A DNA stretch of 28,390 nt from IMG/VR virus record IMGVR_UViG_3300024999_000316, positions 1-28,390 of that record; one strand, written 5' to 3'. Made by a program: the position numbers and the translations under genes. Under the pieces are notes generated by a model. The model had not been told where the DNA came from. It made no database searches and saw nothing but the letters and a program-made list of their open reading frames with translations. Every line of letters begins with the position of its first letter. The first letter of the stretch is position 1. The stretch comes from a virus (lineage: Duplodnaviria; Caudoviricetes). Of this stretch, positions 6,323 to 14,596 are shown in pieces.

Positions 6323-6619
6323 ATGAGCACAAGAACTCGTTTTATCAACAAGCAACTGTCTAGCCATTTATCCACTATTACAAAAATCAAATCTCTCGGC
6401 ATTGACTACCTGGGCCGCTATGCAAGCAATGTCGAGTCTGACCTGCGCGCTATAGGTAAAAACCAATTATCTGACCGTTTTCTTAACGAAATTGAATATA
6501 TCGGTCCTGGGAAACCCGTTAGATGCTCACACGAAGGGTGTAATGATTGCGTCTCCTACGGTGCCCGTAACCCCGAGACCGGAAAGGTGTATTGTCGAGA
6601 ACATGAGTACTTAGCGTAG
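6323..6619 (+). CDS. Hypothetical protein with C-terminal Zn-finger-like motif
   Basis: CSHEGC...YCREH. Confidence 0.7.
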   Translation: MSTRTRFINKQLSSHLSTITKIKSLGIDYLGRYASNVESDLRAIGKNQLSDRFLNEIEYIGPGKPVRCSHEGCNDCVSYGARNPETGKVYCREHEYLA

Positions 6620-6711
6620 TAGCCCGACAGCTCGCAAGGAGCCTATCATAGAGTTCTAATATCAGTAGATCAAAGCCAAGCCGGGCTAAATCGGCGTAAG
6701 GAGGATAACAC

Positions 6712-7086
6712 ATGTTTAACGATCAAGAACATCTAAACGCTTTCGAATCCCTCTGCCCAGGCAAACTAATCACTGATTCAGAATGGTACAGCACAGTTTT
6801 TTCCTTAACTTCCGATTCCGAACTACGCAACAAAACACTGAAGCACATCAATCCAAAACGCCGAGAAATCAAATGGAGTAAAATATTTGACACCGATTTT
6901 GGTAGTGGCCATCGCGCCGCCTTGTATTGGGCATTCAGTCTTTGGGCAGGAAATTCGTGGTCTAATAAGGAAGGAGAGCAAGTTGATACCATGGACAAAT
7001 CTTATTACATGGACGAAACTCTTCGCCGAACCGCGATAACAGCCCTCGAATTACGATGGGGAATTAAAGTTTTCGGGAAGTCCTAG
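6712..7086 (+). CDS. Hypothetical protein, DUF6075-like
   Basis: AAGGAGG RBS; F...EH..F / D.E / SG...AF.LW / AL.LR pattern recalled for DUF6075. Confidence 0.6.
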   Translation: MFNDQEHLNAFESLCPGKLITDSEWYSTVFSLTSDSELRNKTLKHINPKRREIKWSKIFDTDFGSGHRAALYWAFSLWAGNSWSNKEGEQVDTMDKSYYMDETLRRTAITALELRWGIKVFGKS

Positions 7087-7104
7087 AAATAGGGCTCCTT
7101 TTTT
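7076..7104 (+). terminator. Terminator T3 closing the island
   Basis: AGTCCTA-GAAA-TAGGGCT then CCTTTTTT; overlaps the stop codon. Confidence 0.8.
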
Positions 7105-7281
7105 ATCCCGGAGCAATGTAAACCCCTTTATTATGCCTCATTACCTTATCGACCATCTCAAACCTCTTACCATCCGTAAACTCAATAAACCTAACGCAAT
7201 TCTTAGGAGGATTATCCTTATCAGGGCAACACTTATACCTAGAGCATAATTTGCAATCCACAATAAGTTACCCCCTGAAAA

Positions 7282-7335
7282 TTACAAAAGACGCTCCGAG
7301 CCACATTATAGGCCGAGAGCGTCTTTATTTTGTAA
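7282..7335. terminator. Hairpin / probably bidirectional terminator downstream of the RinA-like gene
   Basis: AAAGACGCTC...GAGCGTCTTT extended by TTACAAAA/TTTTGTAA. Confidence 0.65.
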
Positions 7336-7416
7336 GTTATTATGTCCTTTAGAGTGTAACATTTTAATTCCGACTATTCCAATGGATTTAGTTATGAATA
7401 TTGTTTGATATTTGTA

Positions 7417-7866
7417 CTAACACTTCTCCCCCATTGTCTTAGCCAATTCCTCGACAGCCTCATCCTTCAACCGATAATAGCTATCCCGACTCCTAAGCCC
7501 GTGATTCTTCCGCAGAACCCTTTGCGCGTAATCATCCTTATTTTCCTGTAAATACTTTGTGTCTATTATGAGTTTCTTGGCATCCGGAAGCATACCCACC
7601 GCTAAATCAATCAACTCGTTTTCATTTTGCAATTCTACGAGCAATTTCTTTTTGTCATAAATCTTAGATGCCAGATCACCCGTCGAATCACTCACGCCAC
7701 TCCCATGAGGCATATCACTACACACCTGCGTCGTCTTAACCCCCATCATGGATAGTTCCCTTAGTAGGTAAGTTATGCGGTCCTGATTCCCCTTGTAGCG
7801 CGTTAGGCGGGAAATAGTCGAGTAATGCCATGGAGGTCTTTTTTGTTTTGTAATTATGGAGTCCAC
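7417..7866 (-). CDS. RinA/ArpU-like late transcriptional activator
   Basis: DMPHGSGVSDSTGDLA motif, coiled coil, C-terminal sigma4-like HTH (SYYRLKDEAVEELA); last gene of the middle operon before terS. Confidence 0.8.
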   Translation of the reverse strand: MDSIITKQKRPPWHYSTISRLTRYKGNQDRITYLLRELSMMGVKTTQVCSDMPHGSGVSDSTGDLASKIYDKKKLLVELQNENELIDLAVGMLPDAKKLIIDTKYLQENKDDYAQRVLRKNHGLRSRDSYYRLKDEAVEELAKTMGEKC

Positions 7867-7872
7867 CCCCCT

Positions 7873-8025
7873 CTACTTACCCCTCTTATATTTTGAACAA
7901 TGCATCGCTTCCAAAAAGCCAGTACCAGGCTTAAGGGGGCATTCCTTACCATTCCAAACAAATTCACATGTATTACATCTTCTATTTTTCCAATACCACT
8001 TTTTAAACTTTTTAATTAGCCCCAT
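7873..8025 (-). CDS. Small Cys-rich hypothetical protein (50 aa; not in ORF track)
   Basis: MGLIKKFKKWYWKNRRCNTCEFVWNGKECPLKPGTGFLEAMHCSKYKRGK fills the gap between neighbours. Confidence 0.55.
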   Translation of the reverse strand: MGLIKKFKKWYWKNRRCNTCEFVWNGKECPLKPGTGFLEAMHCSKYKRGK

Positions 8026-8027
8026 CT

Positions 8028-8417
8028 TTATTCCCCCAAACTCTTAATATCAAACACAATTCCTCTGCAAAACTTCCCACCGTCTTCCATAACATCAAAA
8101 GTTGCGTGTGGAATATCCGTTTCGTAAATCCACGAATACTCTTCCTTATCCCAAATACCTTTAATAACCTTACACTTTTTCTTAGCAGCCCTCGAATGTT
8201 TGCATTCCTCAAAAATACCATCTTTATTTAGGTATATCTCAGTACCATCATAGCAAGTGACTTCCTCGTCGATAGCTCCCTCTAGTTCGGCATTGTCGTC
8301 CGAATATCCAAATACCACCACAAACCCCAACGCCTTCGCCAATTCCTTTTCGGCTAAAATCATCTCGCCTAAATATTCCCGACCATCCAGCATCTTGGCA
8401 AATTCTTGTATTGTCAT
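8028..8417 (-). CDS. Conserved phage hypothetical protein
   Basis: VVVFGYSDD..E..GAI..E and WIYETDIPHATF...E.G..FCRGIVF, recalled as a recurrent phage family. Confidence 0.75.
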   Translation of the reverse strand: MTIQEFAKMLDGREYLGEMILAEKELAKALGFVVVFGYSDDNAELEGAIDEEVTCYDGTEIYLNKDGIFEECKHSRAAKKKCKVIKGIWDKEEYSWIYETDIPHATFDVMEDGGKFCRGIVFDIKSLGE

Positions 8418-8686
8418 TGATCTTCACCTCCAATATCTATTTTTCCACACACTGGGCAACTAGTAATCGACTCAAGTTGATGCGTATTAATCTTAATAAA
8501 TTCATTATTATTGTTTTTACAGATTCCATATGCGCCAAAGAACGATGAAACGAATTGAAGTATTTCAACAGTTTGCTCTTTATGGCAATTAGTGCAATCT
8601 GGCGTGACATTATAACCTTCAGCCGTATTGATGAACGATTGGCAATCAGTGGCTGACGGTTTTACTTTCGCTATTCCATGAGACAT
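8414..8686 (-). CDS. Cys-containing hypothetical protein
   Basis: ATGA overlap with next gene; CxxC motifs. Confidence 0.65.
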   Translation of the reverse strand: MSHGIAKVKPSATDCQSFINTAEGYNVTPDCTNCHKEQTVEILQFVSSFFGAYGICKNNNNEFIKINTHQLESITSCPVCGKIDIGGEDQ

Positions 8687-9059
8687 ACCCTACCACCACT
8701 TTCTCGACCTACACGGAAACCATAATTTTCTCCCAGAACCCCTTCGCCACGAAATATTCCTGTCTTTTAATCCGTAGAACATCATCCATTCCCCTTCCTA
8801 CTCCTTATAAATTCCAGTATCCTCCCCCTTTTTCACTATATAAATACTGTTGCTGTACGGGTCCAATACCATCACATCTCTACCGAATACCAGCTTTATG
8901 ATGTCACTAAACTTTAGGCGTATTTTTAAATTCATTAACTTCCTCCATCCTCTTTACCAATCGTCTCTCCTCGCACCTTTGGCAACCTTCCATAATCCTT
9001 TGCCAATCCGTTAATCTTGCTCCACATTCAGGACATAACTATATTTTTCGTTGGTCCAC

Positions 9060-9314
9060 TTATTTCCCATCCTTCCTTAAACCCAACCCCATATCCTCCA
9101 ACTTCTCTTCAACCTCCACACAATCCCTTCTAACGATGTTCCTGCGCCCCATGAGGTCTTTCCACGACATCCTAACCAAATCCCCTACAATCTCTATCCC
9201 TGCGCGTCTCAGCCTATGATAAGTCGTAGGAGTAAACCCCATATCAGCCAGCCTTACCGTCAAATCCGTATTATATCTCTTGTCCAGCCTTGCCCTAATT
9301 TTATCCATTAGCAC
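9060..9314 (-). CDS. Stand-alone RNA polymerase alpha-subunit C-terminal domain homolog
   Basis: Y..L.RAGI..V.DL...S..DLM..RN.....EV..KL..MGLGLRKD aligns with the Firmicute RpoA CTD. Confidence 0.85.
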   Translation of the reverse strand: MLMDKIRARLDKRYNTDLTVRLADMGFTPTTYHRLRRAGIEIVGDLVRMSWKDLMGRRNIVRRDCVEVEEKLEDMGLGLRKDGK

Positions 9315-9643
9315 TTAGCTTCCATCTCCTCTCTAATATCAATGTCCACTCCCAAGGCGAATATAGCTCGACATACAGCATGGCTTAGGTGCTCATCCTG
9401 TCGATCCCCCGCAAGGTAGGCGTACACATGAATTAGTAAATGGTTTAAGTGATCTCTAGTTGGTATTTTTCGCCAGTTATCCTCTCCGTACTTATCAAAC
9501 CCCTCCTTCAATACCTTAGCAGTAGCAAATAATGCTTTAGGATCTATCAAATCAAAGCGATACCCAGAATTTGATTGTCTTCCTCCTGATTCGTTTTCCT
9601 CTATTAGTGCATCTTTGCCAACTCCATTAATTACTTTTTTCAT
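9308..9643 (-). CDS. dATP/dGTP diphosphohydrolase domain protein (DUF5664-like)
   Basis: RFDLI.P, A.VL..G..KYG..NWRK, HL.HA.C motifs. Confidence 0.8.
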   Translation of the reverse strand: MKKVINGVGKDALIEENESGGRQSNSGYRFDLIDPKALFATAKVLKEGFDKYGEDNWRKIPTRDHLNHLLIHVYAYLAGDRQDEHLSHAVCRAIFALGVDIDIREEMEAKC

Positions 9644-9658
9644 CCTATTTTCCCCTTT

Positions 9659-9811
9659 CTATTCTTCTGGTCTAATATACAACGCCACTAAGCCTGTAAA
9701 TATTGCGTCAGAAACATTGTTAGTTATCCATAATCCAAGACTGAGTGCAAATAAGCCAATACTCAAACCACTCCTGATTAAAGGCAAGGCGACCAAAAGC
9801 ACACTGGGCAT
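9659..9811 (-). CDS. Small membrane protein (50 aa; not in ORF track)
   Basis: AAGGAGG RBS; hydrophobic MPSVLLVALPLIRSGLSIGLFALSLGLWITNNVSDAIFTGLVALYIRPEE. Confidence 0.55.
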   Translation of the reverse strand: MPSVLLVALPLIRSGLSIGLFALSLGLWITNNVSDAIFTGLVALYIRPEE

Positions 9812-9878
9812 ACGACGCATCCTCCTTCATTCCTAAGCCTTTGTCCACATTCTGGACAAATATTGCTGTCTATAATAA

Positions 9879-10514
9879 TCATTCCTTTCCTGTGCTTCCG
9901 AAGCCCTGTATTCCCCGCTCGCTCTCCCCCAGCTCATCAACTTGAACAAACTCAGTCTGTAAGTATGGAACCACCACCAGTTGGGCAATGCGCTCTTTTG
10001 GGTTTATAACTACATAATTCGAGTCGAGAGGATTAAATATATTCATGGACATTTCGCCAACATATCCCGAATCTATTGTTCCAGTAATAACGAGTTTACC
10101 CTCAGATGATGCCCCTGACCTTGGCTGTAGTAGTCCAACGTATCCGTGTGGTATCTCTACGGCAACACCCGATGGAACTTTGTACAGTTGCCCAGGATGC
10201 AATCTTATTGGCTGCTCTATCCGAGCTCTTAGGTCTGCCCCTGCATCGTTTGCGTGCTTGCGGTATGGGAGGAATATGGGGTCTGTGGTTCCCATTAGTT
10301 TAGTGGGAATAATGTTAATACCCCTCAATTCTAGGAAAACGAAATTCTCATTTACCCATTTATATGATCCCCAATGTGGGGAATTCTGCTCATTGGTTAT
10401 ACAAAATCCCCCGTCCTCATCCTCATTAGCCTCATATGTTTTCCCCTTAACAAAGGCGACTATGCCATCAAAATTCATTACAACTTTTTTGGAACACTTA
10501 ATTTTCATTACCAT
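9879..10514 (-). CDS. dut: Trimeric dUTPase with about 65-aa N-terminal extra domain
   Basis: All five motifs: AGADL, PRSG, GTIDSGYVGE, RIAQL, RG..GFGSTG. Confidence 0.95.
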   Translation of the reverse strand: MVMKIKCSKKVVMNFDGIVAFVKGKTYEANEDEDGGFCITNEQNSPHWGSYKWVNENFVFLELRGINIIPTKLMGTTDPIFLPYRKHANDAGADLRARIEQPIRLHPGQLYKVPSGVAVEIPHGYVGLLQPRSGASSEGKLVITGTIDSGYVGEMSMNIFNPLDSNYVVINPKERIAQLVVVPYLQTEFVQVDELGESERGIQGFGSTGKE

Positions 10515-10639
10515 CCTCCTATTATTGCGCTATTATTGCGTTGCTTTAGTTCTCTTTTTAACTTTTGGGTTTAATATAAAGGTCATGATTCTAGCCAATG
10601 CATCCCTCATCGTTTTTGAACCACTCTATTTCTCTACGG

Positions 10640-11143
10640 TTAAATTAATTTCCCATCCTTATCCTCCTTCAAGTACAAATCCGCATACGTCACACCGACA
10701 GCATATGCCTGCCAAATGTCCTTTGAAAATCCATAAAACCAACCCGGATCTTTCTTCGTACCTTTTCCTTTATTTCCAACTCCATAAGCAAACCTATCCA
10801 CTAATGCCTGAATTATGTTTCCATCCTTTGCATTCATGATATGGCAGAGGTTCATTTTTGCTTCACTGCGATAAATAAGTGTTGGAGATTCCATATTACA
10901 GGTATCAATCGCCTCATAAAATCTTCCTATCCAAACGCAAGTGTCGAAAACTTCCTTACCTACCGCCATTCCATAACACGCGACCATTTCTATTGCGAAG
11001 TTATTCACTTTTTTAAATCTATCTCCAACTATAAAGCCTATTAATAAATCATTCTTCACCTTTCCATATTCGATTGGTTTAAGTTTTTCATCAAGAACAA
11101 CATACGCACTCTCTGCGCTTCCTGGATCAATAGCCAATATCAT
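10640..11143 (-). CDS. RuvC-like Holliday junction resolvase/nuclease
   Basis: ILAIDPG, AIE, D.W.A.AV RNase H-fold acidic residues. Confidence 0.75.
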   Translation of the reverse strand: MILAIDPGSAESAYVVLDEKLKPIEYGKVKNDLLIGFIVGDRFKKVNNFAIEMVACYGMAVGKEVFDTCVWIGRFYEAIDTCNMESPTLIYRSEAKMNLCHIMNAKDGNIIQALVDRFAYGVGNKGKGTKKDPGWFYGFSKDIWQAYAVGVTYADLYLKEDKDGKLI

Positions 11144-11592
11144 ACATTTTCACCCAAAAGCTCAGGATTCTCGTATATATTCCCAATTACACACGATACC
11201 TTTATCCAGTAAGCCAAGTCTTTTCGATTCAACCCACAGTCACCCTTCCACTCGATATAAAACCCCACATGACCACCATGCCTATCGTCGTTGAATGGGT
11301 TTCGGTATTCGCCAAGTTTGACAACACCGCGAACTTTGCTGTTGAAATGATCGGGGAAGACATCCCCCTCAAAAACTTCCTGTCCCTCCGGATAATCCTC
11401 GGTTCGCTTTTTATCGCGTAGGCCAGTGAACTGCATTAGCTCGGCTTCTTCGTTAACTGATAGAAAATTATTGTGTTCCCGTATTGTGCTTGCCACATAA
11501 TTAATATCGTTAAAATATAACGTAGGTACCTGTAGCATCTTTTTTTTCAGATTATCCCATGCACGAAATTTAATACCCCTTCCGTTCATCAA
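11140..11592 (-). CDS. YopX family protein
   Basis: IKFRAWD, LMQFTGLRDK, EVFEGD, VIGNIYENPELL. Confidence 0.93.
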   Translation of the reverse strand: MMNGRGIKFRAWDNLKKKMLQVPTLYFNDINYVASTIREHNNFLSVNEEAELMQFTGLRDKKRTEDYPEGQEVFEGDVFPDHFNSKVRGVVKLGEYRNPFNDDRHGGHVGFYIEWKGDCGLNRKDLAYWIKVSCVIGNIYENPELLGENV

Positions 11593-11804
11593 ACCTCCTC
11601 CTCCTTGTTATCCCAATCCAATTCTTTCCCGCAGTATCCGCAATAATTTTGACTAGCATTGTCAATCCTCATATCACAGCTACCGCAATAGGGCATTTTT
11701 AACCTTATAACCTTCTCTGCCTCCCTTGCCACCTTGCCACATTCACGGCAGACAACTTCGCATTCTCCATATATGTTTCTGATGATCATTTTTACCCTTT
11801 TCAT
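11589..11804 (-). CDS. Zn-ribbon hypothetical protein
   Basis: Three CxxC pairs; ATGA overlap gives start 11804. Confidence 0.65.
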   Translation of the reverse strand: MKRVKMIIRNIYGECEVVCRECGKVAREAEKVIRLKMPYCGSCDMRIDNASQNYCGYCGKELDWDNKEEEV

Positions 11805-12091
11805 ATCTTCGTTCTCCCCATCCACTGATGCGCTTCCCCAACCCCAACTACCCCTGCACCATCGACGACCTTCCGAATGTTCTCATCCAGCTCGCAATCC
11901 TTCATGTACCTGCGACCACTCCGAATAGATCCATTACCACCCAATGTCAGTCTGTAATCTGTAATAGTTGTCCGACTTATACCAAGGTGATAAGCAAGCT
12001 TTGATACGTTACCAAACTTTTCTATTGCCTTTTCTAGATCGATGAGCGTGGGGTAGAGGGTTTTTAGTCTGTTTGTTTTTGTGTTTTTCAA
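11801..12091 (-). CDS. HTH-containing hypothetical protein
   Basis: AAGGAGG RBS before TTG 12091; GNVSKLAYHLGISRTTI. Confidence 0.65.
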   Translation of the reverse strand: MKNTKTNRLKTLYPTLIDLEKAIEKFGNVSKLAYHLGISRTTITDYRLTLGGNGSIRSGRRYMKDCELDENIRKVVDGAGVVGVGEAHQWMGRTKI

Positions 12092-12146
12092 TTGTAGGCC
12101 TCCTTTGAGGGGTGATTGGTTAGCATGCACCCCTATTTATTTTAGA

Positions 12147-12551
12147 TTAGAATGGGACATAATCTCCATCATCTAAATTAACCTCTGTTCCGTATGAATG
12201 ATTTACGCTTGTTGCGTTGTTGTCCTGTTGTTCCCTTGGGCTTAAACCGTTGATGCTATCCGCGATAACCTCAGTCACCCATCGTTTTTTACCGTCGTTA
12301 CCATCGTAGGTGCGAACTTGTAATCTTCCATCAACTGACGCTAATTTTCCCTTTCCGATGTAGTCCCCGGCATATTGGGCTGCTTGTTTAAATGCTACAC
12401 ATGGAATGAAATCAGTTTCTCGCTCCCCATTAGCACTTTTAAAGTTTCTTTCAACCGCAAGCGTGAAGTTGGCAATCGCGACTCCCGAAGGGGAAAATCT
12501 CAACTCAATCTCCTTACAAATACGACCCACGAGACAAATTCTATTTAGCAA
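12147..12551 (-). CDS. ssb: Single-stranded DNA-binding protein
   Basis: MLNRICLVGR..ELRF...G..ANFTLAVER...DFI...GRLQ.R.Y; acidic tail ending in PF. Confidence 0.97.
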   Translation of the reverse strand: MLNRICLVGRICKEIELRFSPSGVAIANFTLAVERNFKSANGERETDFIPCVAFKQAAQYAGDYIGKGKLASVDGRLQVRTYDGNDGKKRWVTEVIADSINGLSPREQQDNNATSVNHSYGTEVNLDDGDYVPF

Positions 12552-12662
12552 TGTAATTCCTCCATTTATTATTCAAGTTTGGTTCAATAAATAATTCATC
12601 ATTAACCCAACCGTGGTCCACTCTCCAGAGTAAGGTAGCAACTCCCACGCCCTAACTCCTCC

Positions 12663-13196
12663 TTAATCATAGATACTTACTTGATAATTAATCATTGCTT
12701 CATATACAACTTTCGGTATTAATGGCTTGTAGAGTTCTGCGTGTTTCTTGATTAAGGATTCTTTTAATTCCTTATATTCCACAAAAGCCTCGTGAGGCGT
12801 ATTGTGAAATATAGTTCCCCACAAAATAAGCTTCCCATCTCTACACCTAGCTCTATACTTACCCGTCTTACGGTCAATCACAACTCCTACGGGGTGATTA
12901 AACTTAGGATGTGTACGTTTTCTAAAAATACAATTTATACCGTGTGGGACAAGTACGCATGTATCCGGGCTATATAGTTTATTTCCGCGAACTATAATGT
13001 CCTTGTCTATGTCTAAGTTCTCTCCGTCAATGTTGTACGTATTTTCTTCATACCATATTTTAAAGTTCTTATACGATAACCATTCATCACAACACCAACA
13101 CCCTTTGTAGTTCAAAAGACTACCGTTCCAATTATCAGGGTTGCATCGTCTTTGAATTCCATCCCAAATGTTTCTACTTCTTTCCGTATTACCCAT
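12663..13196 (-). CDS. HNH-like homing endonuclease with AP2-like C-terminus
   Basis: W..Y.NF..W, DIDKDI...GNKLYSPDTC..VP..IN, PVGV....KYRARC...TP.EAF..YK. Confidence 0.75.
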   Translation of the reverse strand: MGNTERSRNIWDGIQRRCNPDNWNGSLLNYKGCWCCDEWLSYKNFKIWYEENTYNIDGENLDIDKDIIVRGNKLYSPDTCVLVPHGINCIFRKRTHPKFNHPVGVVIDRKTGKYRARCRDGKLILWGTIFHNTPHEAFVEYKELKESLIKKHAELYKPLIPKVVYEAMINYQVSIYD

Positions 13197-13413
13197 ATCT
13201 TTTTTCGTCCCTTTTCAAATTATCAACCCTCTTTCTGTATTCCGTAGGCTCAATGTATGCGCTTTCTGCTACAACCTTATCTGGCTCGCTTATCCTGTTA
13301 CCACTCGCATCGACAAAGTACCTAACACATGGGCTAGCCCATGTCGTGCATTTTTCGCTAACTAGCTTTTCCGTTAATACTGTGCCGTAGGTTCGCATAT
13401 TGCCGCGCTTCAT
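13189..13413 (-). CDS. Hypothetical protein
   Basis: Overlaps both neighbours in the operon. Confidence 0.55.
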   Translation of the reverse strand: MKRGNMRTYGTVLTEKLVSEKCTTWASPCVRYFVDASGNRISEPDKVVAESAYIEPTEYRKRVDNLKRDEKRYG

Positions 13414-13761
13414 TTCTGCACCTCCCTCACCTGTTTAACTCCTGCGAAGTCCAACAACTTCTGACATGCCGGACACGGTATAGGATCAACCTCATCCGAG
13501 CAGACTAGATATAACTCAGCACCCCCAAGATCAACCTTAGACCTAACCAAAGCAGAAACCTCAGCATGCACGGCTAAACAATCATCATAACTTCCCGTGT
13601 TATGTTCAATATCCATCCTAGAGCACGTAGTACATGCTTCAGGCGACTCATTATACCCATTGGATATAACTTCGACCACCCATCACGATTACACAGGCGT
13701 AGTGACGTTTTAGGCAGTTTGAGAGGGGTAGGAGTTTTCGGGCTTCGTCGAAGTAGTTCAT
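13410..13761 (-). pseudogene. dCMP/CMP deaminase, split by one extra base near 13673-13680
   Basis: Frame from ATG 13761: MNYFDEARKLLPLSNCLKRHYACVIVMGG; second frame: EVISNGYN...HAEVSAL...PCPAC; span 352 nt = 3n+1. Confidence 0.85.
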
Positions 13762-14135
13762 CTTGCCACCGTCCCCGTCATCTCGCTCCGTCTTTCCTCT
13801 GACCACTTCTTAGTCCTGCCGGCATAAGCATCCATAAATCCCATAACGTCCGGCTTAACTCCTGACTCCACAGCTTGTTTTCCAGCTTTAATAAAGTTGA
13901 TAAGAAACTCGCTCATTACGTCAACCTGCTCAGGTTCCAGCACATCTCGGTAACTAACCCCGGTCAGGTATGTTCCATCCGATATGTTTCCAATTTTGGA
14001 CGGGAGATTATTCCTGTGCCTCCAACACGCTATGGTGTTTGGCTTTATCCCGACTGCCTTTCCAATTTTGGTATCGTTTTTGCCGGAGTTGTAGAGCTGC
14101 AAGATTTTTTGTTCGTTGAATTTTAGCTTTCGCAT
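13758..14135 (-). CDS. HTH DNA-binding protein
   Basis: LYNSGKNDTKIGKAVGIKPNTIACWR...LP. Confidence 0.7.
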   Translation of the reverse strand: MRKLKFNEQKILQLYNSGKNDTKIGKAVGIKPNTIACWRHRNNLPSKIGNISDGTYLTGVSYRDVLEPEQVDVMSEFLINFIKAGKQAVESGVKPDVMGFMDAYAGRTKKWSEERRSEMTGTVAR

Positions 14136-14147
14136 TTAGGTTCCTCC

Positions 14148-14582
14148 TTATCTCTTAACTTGTTTAGTCGCCGCCTCTAAAGGATCCCATTTCCTAAACA
14201 TCCTGCTCACAAAAGTTTTCTTTCCAATCCCGTTAGCCAATGCCATGTCCTCGTATTCCTTGGGGTATTTCCTTTTTGCTATTGCTATGTTGTCTATCAG
14301 TGTTCTCTTGCCCATCATGGGAATGGTTGCTGCATCGTCTGGACTCATACCCAATTCGTTTACCCTTCTGTAAAATGCAGAGAGGGGAATATTGTTCTCC
14401 TTTGCAACACCTGTCCACTTCTTCCAATCACCTTGCTTTCGAGGTGGATCTTTCTTTGCTCTTTCAATGCTCCATCCCAGGATTCTTACTCTGTCAGTGA
14501 GTAACCTTGTGCTTATTCCGTTTTTATTAGCTATTTCATATGCAGTTGGTGGGATATAGAAGTTATAGCTCATCACAACCAA
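14148..14582 (-). CDS. Triple-repeat phage protein (A..NGI....F..R....W..E.A.T.P), paralog of 17258..17725
   Basis: Three internal repeats; resembles PVL ORF50/SA1788-like proteins. Confidence 0.7.
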   Translation of the reverse strand: MVVMSYNFYIPPTAYEIANKNGISTRLLTDRVRILGWSIERAKKDPPRKQGDWKKWTGVAKENNIPLSAFYRRVNELGMSPDDAATIPMMGKRTLIDNIAIAKRKYPKEYEDMALANGIGKKTFVSRMFRKWDPLEAATKQVKR

Positions 14583-14596
14583 GCCCCCTCACTGTT

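Noticed and set aside
2390-7210. Weak similarity among island-flanking spacers (TAAGCCCAC at about 2397 and 4990; CTCAATAA..C.TAA..GCA..TCTTA at about 2431 and 7181) as att sites or target duplications
   Set aside because: Short, degenerate and in A/C-rich low-complexity DNA; cannot be told from chance without alignment statistics
10045-10839. 264-aa + strand ORF and other antisense ORFs (e.g. 516..698, 1842..2234, 4697..5008, 14757..15110, 21172..21510)
   Set aside because: Shadows of well-supported genes on the other strand; no RBS or motifs noticed
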